Positions 8,269 through 18,300 of a stretch of DNA of 64,000 bases are shown one piece after another. Within the stretch, counting starts at the first letter, position 1. The number at the start of each line of letters is the position of its first letter. Position numbers and translations under genes: made by a program. Below the pieces are notes generated by a model that saw only the letters and a program-made list of their open reading frames with translations, made no database searches and was not told where the DNA came from. This stretch comes from an uncultured Flavobacteriales bacterium (lineage in GTDB: Bacteria > Bacteroidota > Bacteroidia > Flavobacteriales_G > Salibacteraceae): positions 45,883 through 109,882 of the forward strand of contig CAJXZP010000003.1 of the NCBI GenBank assembly GCA_913062955.1, read 5' to 3'.

Positions 8269-8355
8269 CGGAGAGTGAGGGATTCGAACCCTCGATACCC
8301 TTGCGAGTATAACACCTTAGCAGGGTGCCGCTTTCAGCCACTCAGCCAACTCTCC
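8269..8355 (-). tRNA. tRNA-Ser(GCT)
   Basis: GGAGAGT acceptor, GCACC-CTGCTAA-GGTGT anticodon arm, long variable arm, GAGGG-TTCGAAT-CCCTC T-arm, discriminator G. CCA not encoded. Confidence 0.97.
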
Positions 8356-8479
8356 AACGGGTGGCAAATTTATGAATTCATTTGATTTGTCAAGCTAAAA
8401 TTGGAAGAAAAATCAAGTTTTTTTTTCTTTTTATAAATCGTCCCAACTCCCGAAAACATTACTAATTCATAATCAGATA

Positions 8480-10534
8480 TTAAGAACTAGGATAAGCAAC
8501 TCGAACATGGTAAATGTTCATGATTTTCTTTTGCAAAAGCTTCTTTAAAGTCGATATATTTTGAAATGTAATAGGGGCAAAGTCTAATTGTTGACTTTCT
8601 AGTATGGTATCAAAGATGCCATCGATCAATTTATTAATAGATTCGGCTGTATATTCCGGTAAACTTCTAGCTGCGGCTTCTACCCCATCGCAAAGCATTA
8701 AGATGGCCGTTTCTTTAGAGAAGGGGAGAGGTCCTGGGTATTGGAAGTCTTCCATATTTACATCTGGATTTTCTTTCTTGGCATTAAAGTAAAAATAGCG
8801 AGTGGTATTGGTCCCATGATGGGTACGAATAAAATCGATGATCTTTTCTGGGAGCTTATGCCTCTTTGCCATTTCAATACCATCTAATACATGGTTGATA
8901 ATTATATGTGCACTTTCATGATTGGATAAATCGTTATGGGGGTTATAGCCTCCAGCTTGATTCTCAATAAAAAATTGAGGATGTTTCATCTTTCCAATAT
9001 CGTGGTATAAAGCTCCAGTTCTAATAAGAAGAGCATCCCCACCAATTTCAAGTGCACATTCTTCTGCTAAATTGGCCACTTGCATAGAATGTTGAAAGGT
9101 TCCCGGTGCTTTTTGAGCCAATTCACGTAAAAGTGTATTGTTGGTATCTGCTAATTCCAATAAAGCCATCTCAGATATTAAACCAAAAATTCGCTCTATA
9201 AGATAGACAATGGGAATAGAGATTAAAGTTAACATAGCACTCGTGGCAAACCATAAAAAGTTGACGGGTTTGACGTTAATTAGATTCCCTTCTTTAATGA
9301 TACTAAAACCAAAATATAAAACGGATGAGGTCAGGAAAATCAATAAAATAACGGCTAACAATTGAGAACGTTTCCGTAAATTTTTCAATAAGAGTATGGC
9401 TAATAATCCTACGGGTGCTTCTATCCATAAAAATTCCATGGCATTGGGTGCAAAAGTGGTGGCAATCATGATCATCAGCATATAAATAATGGCCGATAAA
9501 GAGGAGTTAAAAAAGGATTGCAACACCACCGCAAACAAAGCAAAAGGAAGGATGTAAATTTCTATATCTGGAAATACCCTCGGAATGTTAGACATCAGGT
9601 AATTTAGGAAGAATAGAATTAAAATTAGCGTGAAAGAGTTAGTTTCCGAATAGGTATACGGACTAAAGGACTTGACTAATAATATGAGTAAAAGGGTGGC
9701 AAAACTTACAAAAATTAACGTTCCTCCATAGACAAAAAGCTCAGATTGGTTGGAGCCTGCCTGCTTTTCTGAAAGGGCCACTAATGAGTTAAGTTTTTGA
9801 TATATTTCGGGGGTGATAATCTCTCCCTTTCCTATAATTTTCTCTCCTTGATTAACTTTTCCATACACCGTAGTTAGCGCTTCTAATTTCTGGTTTTTTA
9901 TTTCGGAGGTTAAACGAGAATTGAATACTACATTCGCTTTAAGGTTTTCAAATACCGTGATTTGTAAAACCTTACCTCTCTTGATATCTGCGGTCCAACT
10001 CTGAATACTATCAAAAGCTTCTGTGACCGTAAAGAAATCCTGAATTTCAAATTGACTTTCCGTATGATTTTGAATGGTTTTGATGATGTAATCGCGCGAT
10101 TTATTGGTTAAGCTATCCTGATCTTCAATAATTCCTTTATCGTACAACCGTCTTATGAGTTCGATTCCTTCTGCTTCAAAAAGAGACTTGTATTTCTCTG
10201 CCGAAACACTGTCTTGAGCAAATAATTCATTTGATTTTTTACGAAAGGCAGAGATAACCGAATCAGCTACACTTTCTTCAACATCAAAGTATAAATAGCT
10301 ATTGCCAATGATTTCGTTCCTTTCGGAACTAATTTGATCCTCTGTTTTACTAATAGGAAAGGAGAATGGGGCGTATAGAGGTTGATGTACCCATGGAAAA
10401 CCTTGCTCAAATTCGTATTGAAATTTACTCGTGCTAGGCGATATATATACCATTAGTGAAATGGTAATAGCCACAATAACAATGCGGTATATCTTACTGT
10501 AATTATGTTGTAATTTGGAATTTATACCTAACAT
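8480..10534 (-). CDS. 7TM-HD (HDIG) phosphohydrolase, PgpH-like putative c-di-AMP phosphodiesterase
   Basis: N-terminal TM, extracytoplasmic domain, multi-TM block, then APGTFQHS...LYHDIGK...IRTHHGT...YPGPLP...LCDGVEAA. Confidence 0.85.
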   Translation of the reverse strand: MLGINSKLQHNYSKIYRIVIVAITISLMVYISPSTSKFQYEFEQGFPWVHQPLYAPFSFPISKTEDQISSERNEIIGNSYLYFDVEESVADSVISAFRKKSNELFAQDSVSAEKYKSLFEAEGIELIRRLYDKGIIEDQDSLTNKSRDYIIKTIQNHTESQFEIQDFFTVTEAFDSIQSWTADIKRGKVLQITVFENLKANVVFNSRLTSEIKNQKLEALTTVYGKVNQGEKIIGKGEIITPEIYQKLNSLVALSEKQAGSNQSELFVYGGTLIFVSFATLLLILLVKSFSPYTYSETNSFTLILILFFLNYLMSNIPRVFPDIEIYILPFALFAVVLQSFFNSSLSAIIYMLMIMIATTFAPNAMEFLWIEAPVGLLAILLLKNLRKRSQLLAVILLIFLTSSVLYFGFSIIKEGNLINVKPVNFLWFATSAMLTLISIPIVYLIERIFGLISEMALLELADTNNTLLRELAQKAPGTFQHSMQVANLAEECALEIGGDALLIRTGALYHDIGKMKHPQFFIENQAGGYNPHNDLSNHESAHIIINHVLDGIEMAKRHKLPEKIIDFIRTHHGTNTTRYFYFNAKKENPDVNMEDFQYPGPLPFSKETAILMLCDGVEAAARSLPEYTAESINKLIDGIFDTILESQQLDFAPITFQNISTLKKLLQKKIMNIYHVRVAYPSS

Positions 10535-10705
10535 GTATTAAAAATTGATGAAAACGAAAATAAATATTACCAGCCTAATCTCTACCACTTACCAGGCATT
10601 GTTATACACGAGTTGAAAAAGTTTCTTAAATGTTCGTAAAATATGAAGAGACAGATAGAATTGGGCCCATAAAATTTCTTTATTTGTGATTTAAACATAA
10701 CGCAA

Positions 10706-12499
10706 ATGAGCTTTATTTACGAGGCTAGAATCACTCAGTTTTCAAAGGATTTGAAAAAGTATAAATCGGCTTCCCGAAACCTAGGGTTTTCTCGGTTACT
10801 CTTGTTTGTTTTAATCTTTGTTGGGGTGTATGTGTATTGGGGACAAACGATCCCAATTGCTCTGTTTCTTTTTGGGGGAGGAGTATTGTTTCTTCGATTG
10901 GTCGTTTTAAATGGGAAGGCGGATACGGAAATTCAATATTTGGATGCGCTAATTTCTATTAATACAAATGAAAATAAGGCAATTCATGGAAAGTATCAAA
11001 ACCCAGATAATGGATCGGAGTTTACGCGATCGGATCATGAATATTCTCACGACTTTGATTTGTTCGGTCTTCGTTCATTTTTTTCCAAGTTTAATCGTAC
11101 GGTAACTGTCCAGGGAAAATCAACCTTAGCAAATTGGTTAACGGTTCCGGAGTTGGTGATCTCCGACATTGTTAAAAAGCAAGAAGGGGTAAAAGAGTTA
11201 GTGAAAAAACTAGATTGGCGCCAGGATTTTTTAGCCAATGGAATGATTAACCAACTCAGTCAAAAGGACCAAGATAAAATTACCCATTGGCATGAATTAG
11301 AAAGTGAGTTAAGAGGTGTTTTTATTCATAAAGTTACCTTAACCATTCTTCCAGCCCTTACCTTACTCTTACTCGTAGGAACCATATTGGGCTATGTGAG
11401 TTGGGTTAATTTCGGATGGTTCTTATTGGTGCCATTAACGTTTGTCGGTTCGCAACTAAAAAAGGTAAATCATGAATATGGAATCATTTCCAATTTAGTC
11501 ATCAAATTTGAAGTGTTGGCTAAATTGACTCGGAAAATTGAGACGGAAGAGTTTGATTCTGAATTATTAAAGGATTGGCAAGCCCAATTGTTGGCTTCGG
11601 ATTCGATAAAAGCTTCCCAGAAATTAGGGCAGTTAAAATCTTTATTAGGTAGCTTTGAACAACGCTCAAATATGTTAGTGGGTATTGTGTTAAATGCATT
11701 CTTACTTTGGGATTTACAATTAATGCAGCGTATGAACCAATGGAAAAAGGAAAATTCCTTGGAATTGGGAACATGGTTAGATATAATTGGAAAGTTTGAT
11801 GCGACTATTTCCTTAGCCAACCTATCCTATAACAATAATGATTTCTATTATCCAGAAATTTCTAATCAGGAGTTTGAAGTGTTTGGAAAGGATATGAAAC
11901 ATCCTATGCTGGAGACAAAAAAGGCAGTGGGAAACGATTTTGAATTAAAAGGTCAAGGGTCTGTAAATATCATTACAGGTGCAAATATGGCAGGGAAGAG
12001 TACCTTCTTGAGAACCGTTGGATTGAATATGGTTTTGGGTATGATGGGAGCTCCTGTGCCGGTATCAAATTTTAAATTTAGCCCAATGATGATTTTTTCG
12101 AGTATGCGTACCGAAGATTCGTTAGCGGAGCAAACCTCTTTTTTTTATGCTGAGTTGAGTCGGTTAGCTCGAATTTCTGATATACTAAAAGCAGGTGAAA
12201 AACGCTTTGTCATTTTAGATGAGATTTTAAAAGGAACCAATTCGCACGATAAAGCCCGTGGGTCTTACGCCTTTGTCGAAAAAATGATCCGTTACAATAT
12301 GATGGGGTTGATTGCTACACATGACCTAAGTTTGTGTGTGTTAGCCAATAAACATCCGGATAAGATTGAAAATAAATCTTTCGAAGTGGAGTTTAATAAA
12401 GATGAATTAGTTTTTGATTATAAACTAAGAAATCGAGTATGTCAAAATATGAATGCTTCATTTTTACTTAAAAAAATGGGTATTGTAGATCACTACTAG
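10706..12499 (+). CDS. MutS-related ATPase (domain V) with transmembrane segments
   Basis: TGANMAGKSTFLRTV P-loop, ILDEILKGTN, ATHD; hydrophobic N-terminal and central segments; no mismatch-binding domain visible. Confidence 0.85.
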   Translation: MSFIYEARITQFSKDLKKYKSASRNLGFSRLLLFVLIFVGVYVYWGQTIPIALFLFGGGVLFLRLVVLNGKADTEIQYLDALISINTNENKAIHGKYQNPDNGSEFTRSDHEYSHDFDLFGLRSFFSKFNRTVTVQGKSTLANWLTVPELVISDIVKKQEGVKELVKKLDWRQDFLANGMINQLSQKDQDKITHWHELESELRGVFIHKVTLTILPALTLLLLVGTILGYVSWVNFGWFLLVPLTFVGSQLKKVNHEYGIISNLVIKFEVLAKLTRKIETEEFDSELLKDWQAQLLASDSIKASQKLGQLKSLLGSFEQRSNMLVGIVLNAFLLWDLQLMQRMNQWKKENSLELGTWLDIIGKFDATISLANLSYNNNDFYYPEISNQEFEVFGKDMKHPMLETKKAVGNDFELKGQGSVNIITGANMAGKSTFLRTVGLNMVLGMMGAPVPVSNFKFSPMMIFSSMRTEDSLAEQTSFFYAELSRLARISDILKAGEKRFVILDEILKGTNSHDKARGSYAFVEKMIRYNMMGLIATHDLSLCVLANKHPDKIENKSFEVEFNKDELVFDYKLRNRVCQNMNASFLLKKMGIVDHY

Positions 12500-12520
12500 A
12501 ACGAACTAAAAAGAATTAAG

Positions 12521-13531
12521 GTGAATAAAATTGAACAATTGCAAGAATTGCTTTCTGCTCCCAAAAGAGTGGTTATTATACCTCATATGAACCCAGATGG
12601 TGATGCCTTAGGTTCTTGTTTAGGTTGGTCACAATTTTTGACTATTAAAGGCCATCAATGCACGGTTATTGCCCCCAATGAGTTTCCCTCTTTTTATAAT
12701 TGGATGCCTGGATCTTCTGAAATCATCTTACATTCAGAATCTCCTGTTACCGTGGATACTGCGCTTGAAAATGTGGATGTTATTTTCTTTTTGGATTACA
12801 ACGACTTAAAACGTATTGGAGATTTGGGGCCTGTGGTAGAAAGTCACCCTGCTAAATTTGTGATGATTGATCACCATCGACAACCCACCGATTTTGTGGA
12901 TATTATGTTCTCTAATCATGATAAATCATCCACCTCAGAAATGGTGTTTGATGTTATTGAAGCACTTGGAGGCAAAGTAGATATTACTAAAGAAATGGGT
13001 GAGTGTCTTTATACCGGAATAGTTACCGATACGGGTTCATTTAGATTTGGTTCCACTACCTCAGAAACGCATTATGCAGCCGCTTATTTACTCGAGGCAG
13101 GAGTAGAACCCGACCAGGTATATTCTAAAGTATATGATACCAATAGCCTGGATAGAATGCGTTTAATGGGGTATGTGTTGGCTGAAAAATTGAAGTTGGT
13201 AGATCAAATTCAAGCCGCATATATATCGATCAGTGAAGAAGAACAAAATCGATTCAATTTCCAAATAGGCGATTCTGAAGGTTTGGTTAATTATGGCTTG
13301 GCGATAAATGGGGTGAAAGTAGCTGGGTTTTTTAGAGAAAGTGACGGGTTTGTTAAAGTATCGTTACGTTCAAAGGGTGATTTTGATGTGAATGCTTTGG
13401 CGCGTGTTCACTTCAATGGTGGTGGACATAGAAATGCTGCCGGAGGTAGATTAGATATGACTTTACCGGAAGCAATTGCGCATTTTGAACGCATTATGAA
13501 AAAATTTAAGGATGAACTATATTTCAATTAA
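12521..13531 (+). CDS. nrnA: DHH/DHHA1 phosphoesterase (NrnA-like oligoribonuclease / pAp phosphatase)
   Basis: PDGDALGS, IDHH, GIVTDTGSF, SLRSKG, GGGHRNAAG. Confidence 0.9.
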   Translation: MNKIEQLQELLSAPKRVVIIPHMNPDGDALGSCLGWSQFLTIKGHQCTVIAPNEFPSFYNWMPGSSEIILHSESPVTVDTALENVDVIFFLDYNDLKRIGDLGPVVESHPAKFVMIDHHRQPTDFVDIMFSNHDKSSTSEMVFDVIEALGGKVDITKEMGECLYTGIVTDTGSFRFGSTTSETHYAAAYLLEAGVEPDQVYSKVYDTNSLDRMRLMGYVLAEKLKLVDQIQAAYISISEEEQNRFNFQIGDSEGLVNYGLAINGVKVAGFFRESDGFVKVSLRSKGDFDVNALARVHFNGGGHRNAAGGRLDMTLPEAIAHFERIMKKFKDELYFN

Positions 13532-14042
13532 ATCAGTCGTATTAATTCTAATGGTTTCTTTTACGATGTCTTGTCAGGATATACCGAAACCTAAAAAGCA
13601 GCGTATCGTTACCGAAAAAGAATTGGTTAATAATAACCGGAAATCGGTTCGGATGGAGTCAGACCAAATTGACAAGTTCATTCAACGTAGAGGGTGGGAT
13701 ATGTCTAAAACTGGGACTGGTTTACGCTATTTGGTTTATGAACGAGGTGATTCGCAAGTATTTCCGAAGGTGGATGATACGGTGTATGTAGAATACGAGG
13801 TGAGTTTAATAAACGGTAAAACCATTTATTTATCCGACTCTAATAATTTAGCTTCCTTTATTGTAGGCCATGATGAAGTAGAAAATGGACTGCAAGAGGG
13901 GGTGCAGTTTCTGGCCCCTGGCGACCGAGCAAAGTTTATTATTCCATCGCATTTGGCGCATGGCTATACGGGTGATTTTAATCGTATTCCTAGAAATTCA
14001 ACGGTGGTTTTTGATATCTTATTAGTGAAAATAAATGAGTAG
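13512..14042 (+). CDS. FKBP-type peptidyl-prolyl isomerase lipoprotein (GldI-like)
   Basis: Lipobox TMSC; TGLRY...GLQEGVQFL...FIIPSHLAHG...IPRNSTVVFDI. Position after nrnA matches recalled gldI synteny. Confidence 0.8.
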   Translation: MNYISIKSVVLILMVSFTMSCQDIPKPKKQRIVTEKELVNNNRKSVRMESDQIDKFIQRRGWDMSKTGTGLRYLVYERGDSQVFPKVDDTVYVEYEVSLINGKTIYLSDSNNLASFIVGHDEVENGLQEGVQFLAPGDRAKFIIPSHLAHGYTGDFNRIPRNSTVVFDILLVKINE

Positions 14043-14856
14043 ATACATTCTCCTATTTTGTTTAGGTTTAACGATATACAGTTGTGCAAATACATCCAAG
14101 TATGAAGGGTTTTCAGTTACTTACACCGGTTTAAATTATCAAATCCATACCCTTGGAGAACCGTATCAATCTTTAGCTGATAGTGATTTTATATCGTATA
14201 ACATTACGGTTTATTCTCGAAAGGGTGAATTACTAAAGAAGACGAAAAGGATTAAAGAGGTCCAATATTATTCGGTAAACGACACCGGAATAATGGAGTT
14301 TTTGGGCTTACTTAATGTTGGCGACAGTGGTGTCTTTGTTTCTTTTGAAAACGAAAAAGAACAATTGTTTGGGGTGAAATTACATAGTCGTATGGAAGCG
14401 AATAAAAAGCACGTTTCAGAATTGTTGAATTTCTTGCCCGAAGAAATTACGATAAAGGAACGGAAGGATATTCAAAACTTGTTGGGGCAGTTTAATAAGG
14501 ATAGCATTCAGTTTGTTAATGGTATTTACTTAATAAAACAAATTTCAGGTTCTGGAAATTACCCAGAAGTCGGAAACGAGGTAGTTTTCCATATGGAAAG
14601 TGAAAATGCTCAAGGTATAAATTTGGAATCTACACGTGCGGTGAATAAACCCTTTTCCTACTTTTTAGGAGATCAAGATCAAGTTATTTTGGGATTGGAT
14701 ATCGCTATCCGTGCGATGAAAAAAGGAGGGAGAACTATTTGTATCATTCCAAGTAACTTGGCTTTCGGTGCGATCGGATCAAATACAAAAATTGTTAAAC
14801 CAAATGAGGCTTTACTTTATACCATTGATTTAATGAATGTATTTACTGATTCATAA
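14035..14856 (+). CDS. FKBP-type peptidyl-prolyl isomerase lipoprotein
   Basis: Lipobox IYSC; VILGLDIAI...IIPSNLAFG...LLYTIDL. Confidence 0.8.
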   Translation: MSRYILLFCLGLTIYSCANTSKYEGFSVTYTGLNYQIHTLGEPYQSLADSDFISYNITVYSRKGELLKKTKRIKEVQYYSVNDTGIMEFLGLLNVGDSGVFVSFENEKEQLFGVKLHSRMEANKKHVSELLNFLPEEITIKERKDIQNLLGQFNKDSIQFVNGIYLIKQISGSGNYPEVGNEVVFHMESENAQGINLESTRAVNKPFSYFLGDQDQVILGLDIAIRAMKKGGRTICIIPSNLAFGAIGSNTKIVKPNEALLYTIDLMNVFTDS

Positions 14857-15364
14857 AGTTCCCGATCGCTCGTTTTTTCGTCTAGTTTAATACGAATAGA
14901 AAATAGATCGATGTCACTCTTGTTAAAGATTAGTATGTAAAACACATAGGATACGGTGAATTTCCTCCATGTCATTGCTATTATTAATAGAAGGCGTGAG
15001 GGGCATAAAAGCCAATAAAAATAGGACGCACTCTTCTCTAATTATTAATCTAACAGCCTCTCCCCTCAAAGTGGATGGGTTGGAATTGAGTAGGGTAGAA
15101 ATGCATGGTTTTATTCCAAAGTAAATAATTGGGGATTCAATTTTTGACGAATTAGGGGGAGGGCAGATTAATCCCGAACTTATTATTGAAGATAACCATT
15201 ATTGAGTATACATTTTTGAATCTGTGATGAATCACATTGACTGAATGAATAAATTTTTTTGATTGTTTAATAATAATTTTGTAAGGACTGGCGAATAATT
15301 CCTATGACTCACAAGAATAGGAAATAACCTATTGAAAAGTACTTAAATAATATGTAGGTAAAGT

Positions 15365-18300
15365 ATGGGAATAGTAAATGTTCATGAGTTAGGAAGTAAA
15401 TTGTTCTCGCAGGATCATCGGGGATATTATGAGAATCAGTCAATTATCTTTCTTGTAAATTCATTGACTGGGAAAATAGAATTTGTTTCCAATAGTGTTT
15501 TTAATTATTTGGATTATACCGCCTTATTTTACTCCAATCTAAAATCTTTCTGGGAGATAGTGAAAACGGATTGTCCACCTTTTGTTGACTCTCATGAGGT
15601 CTCTGGTTTTTTGCAAAGAGATAAAAAACGAATTGAACTATTAAATAGTAAAGGTAAATCAAGTTTGTTTTTTTGTGAGGTAATTACAAGTCCCGTATTG
15701 AAAGAAGGAAAGGGAATTGTGGAATTACATCTATTTCCAAAAAGAGTTAAAACATCAACTCCCGAGGTTGAGAAGCGTATATGCGAGATCGTGGACGCTA
15801 TAAAAAACCAGATTCCCGTATTTACTAACAATGGTTTAGATGCCTTATTTATTTCTGAAAATGGAATTTGTATAGGTCAAAACGATGCGGCTAGAAAGGT
15901 ATTTGGTTATTCTGACTCTGAAATAATTGGAATGACTGGAGAAACCCTTGTGGAACCTACGTATTTAGATTTGGTGCAGCAAAATTTCGCAAATGGAATA
16001 GCTACCCCATATGAAATAAAAATGATAACCAAGGGGGGAGTTACTTTTTATGCTGAGATTCAAGGTAAGGATATTGATTATCGGGGAAACGTTGTTCGGG
16101 TTAGCGCATTAAAAGATATTGATGAACGGAAGAAAGCGGAATTAATAATTCAGGAGCATAAGATTAATTTGAAAAAATCGAACGAGGCACTGCATTCCAA
16201 AACACTTTTTTTGGAAGCTATTAATGAGTTTATCATTCAGTTACATGCGGTGCATACGGTCCCTGAATTGTATCAGGTTTTATTGGACCTTTTAGAAAAG
16301 AAATTCGATTTTGAAGACTGTATTATCTTTAAGTTTCATCCAGAAACGGAAAAGTTAATAGAACATTCAAGAAAGCAAAATAATCGGAATAAGGAGCCTT
16401 ATGTAATCTCCAATTTTGTGGGAATTGTAGGCGCTTGTGCTAAAGACCGAAAACCTGTTTTAGTACGAGATATTGAATTGGACTCTAGATACGTAAATGA
16501 TGGGGCGAATGGCTCTTCCGAATTATCGGTACCTTTATTGATAAATAATCAGCTATATGGAGTCATAGATTCTGAACATAGTAAAAAAGATTATTACACC
16601 ACAGAGCATATTGAAGTGATGGTCACCATCGCGTCTATTGCTTCTGAAAGGATAAAAAATATTGAGTCGGAAATTCAATTGAAAGAAAGTGAGTTGAAAC
16701 ATCGGCTTATTTTTGAAAAAGCGCAGGACGCCATATTTCTATCCAAGAATAATATTTGGGTTGATTGTAATCAAATGGCGGTGGATATGTTTGGGTGTTC
16801 CTCTAAAAAGGAATTGCTTGGACAAAACCCATTTGTGTTTTCACCCGTAATTCAACCCTCGGGAAAATTGAGTAAAGAAGTGGGTTTGCAACTTAAGATA
16901 AATGCAGCAGCAGGTGATTCTCAATATTTTGATTGGGTACATACCAAACTAGATGGAACCCCTTTTTATGCAGAGGTTAGTTTGAATAGGTTTGAACTGA
17001 ATGGTGAAAATTTCATTCAATCTATTGTTCGAGATGTATCCAAAGCGTATGGATTGAATCAAAACATTCGTAAAAACTCGGAACTCTACAGAACATTACT
17101 GGACTTAACTTCTTCGGTGGCATGGGAATATGATTTAAGTGCGGAAAAATATAATTACATAAGTCCACAAATTAAGAGCATATCTGGGTATACTAGAAGT
17201 GAATGGCAAGTTATCAGATTCTGGGACAATATTATTCATCCTGATGATCGAGATCGGGTGATTAAATTTAGTCAATATAACATTGCCTTAAAAAGAGATT
17301 ACAACCATAAATATCGGATTATTAGGAAAGACGGTAGTATTGGTTGGCTACATGATGTGGTGACGGTTATGTATGAAAATGAACATTCTATTACTTTAAG
17401 AGGATGTTTTCTGGATATTACAGCGCAAAAACGAACGGAGAAAATTAAACGTGAATTTACAGAAGCGCTACAAACGAAGGTGAATGAATTGCAAATTGCC
17501 AAACATAATTTCGAGGAAATATTTGAAGAGAGTAGGATAGCTCTTTTACAAGATGATTTAACGGAGTTTATTAAATCGGTGAAAATATTAATTGATAACG
17601 GGGTGTCTTTTGAACAAATGGTTTCCGACCATATGGTAGATTTTAGAGTTTGTTTATCCAAAATTAAATTGGTTAAATTAAACAAGGCAGCGGTTAATTT
17701 GTTTCAGGCCTCTAATAAAAAAGAGTTGAATTCCCGGATAAAGGAAATATTAACTAACCATACGCGGATGGCATTTGTTCAAGTGGTAAAACAAATTTTT
17801 GAAGGCCAAATTGAATTCAAAATTCAAACCGAGTTAAATGGGTTAAAAGGCCGTGAAATTACTGGAGAAGCGGAATTGTTTGTAAAGGTGGACCCAAATA
17901 CAAATAGAACTATTTGTCATACATCTATTGTGGATGTGACCGATCGTGTATTGAATGAAATTGAATTAGCAAGACATAACAATTCATTGCAATTATTAAG
18001 TAAACAGTTAACCGAAAAGAATGGCAGGTTAGTAGATTCAGAGGCTCGTTTGGAAGCTTTGTTTCAAGATAATCCTGTACCTATGTGGGAAGAGGACATT
18101 TCACAGATGTTGTTGGAACTGGATGACGTTAAAGATAGTGTACTCCATTTTGACCAGTATATGGTGGAACATCCTGCCTTTTTAGCGAAATGTTTATTCG
18201 GAATAAAAATACTTAGAGCAAATAAGGCTGGATTGAAACTTTTTGGTGCAAAAGACACTTCGGAATTGAGAAAACTGTTGTTTAAGGCTTTTGAATCTAA

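Larger units (their letters stand above)
7980..8284. repeat. tRNA-linked direct repeat: two ~129-bp near-identical copies (7980-8108 and 8156-8284), 176-bp period
   Basis: Both copies read TTCCGCGGTGCTCCA...GTATTCAAAAATTTATTCAAGCAAGCTTGAGAA...AAGGGTTGACTAATTGTCAACCCTTTAA..TTTTATGCGGAGAGTGAGGGATT with only a few substitutions. Confidence 0.92.

Noticed and set aside
274-8355. Intact integrative element or prophage at tRNA-Ser
   Set aside because: No integrase, transposase or phage gene, and no distal att copy was found; the only duplication is the local 176-bp unit.
14969-15124. 51-codon plus-strand ORF (MSLLLLIEGVRG...) in the gap before the first kinase
   Set aside because: No A-rich initiation context, motif, paralog or terminator support, unlike the microproteins at 42.6-43.0 kb.
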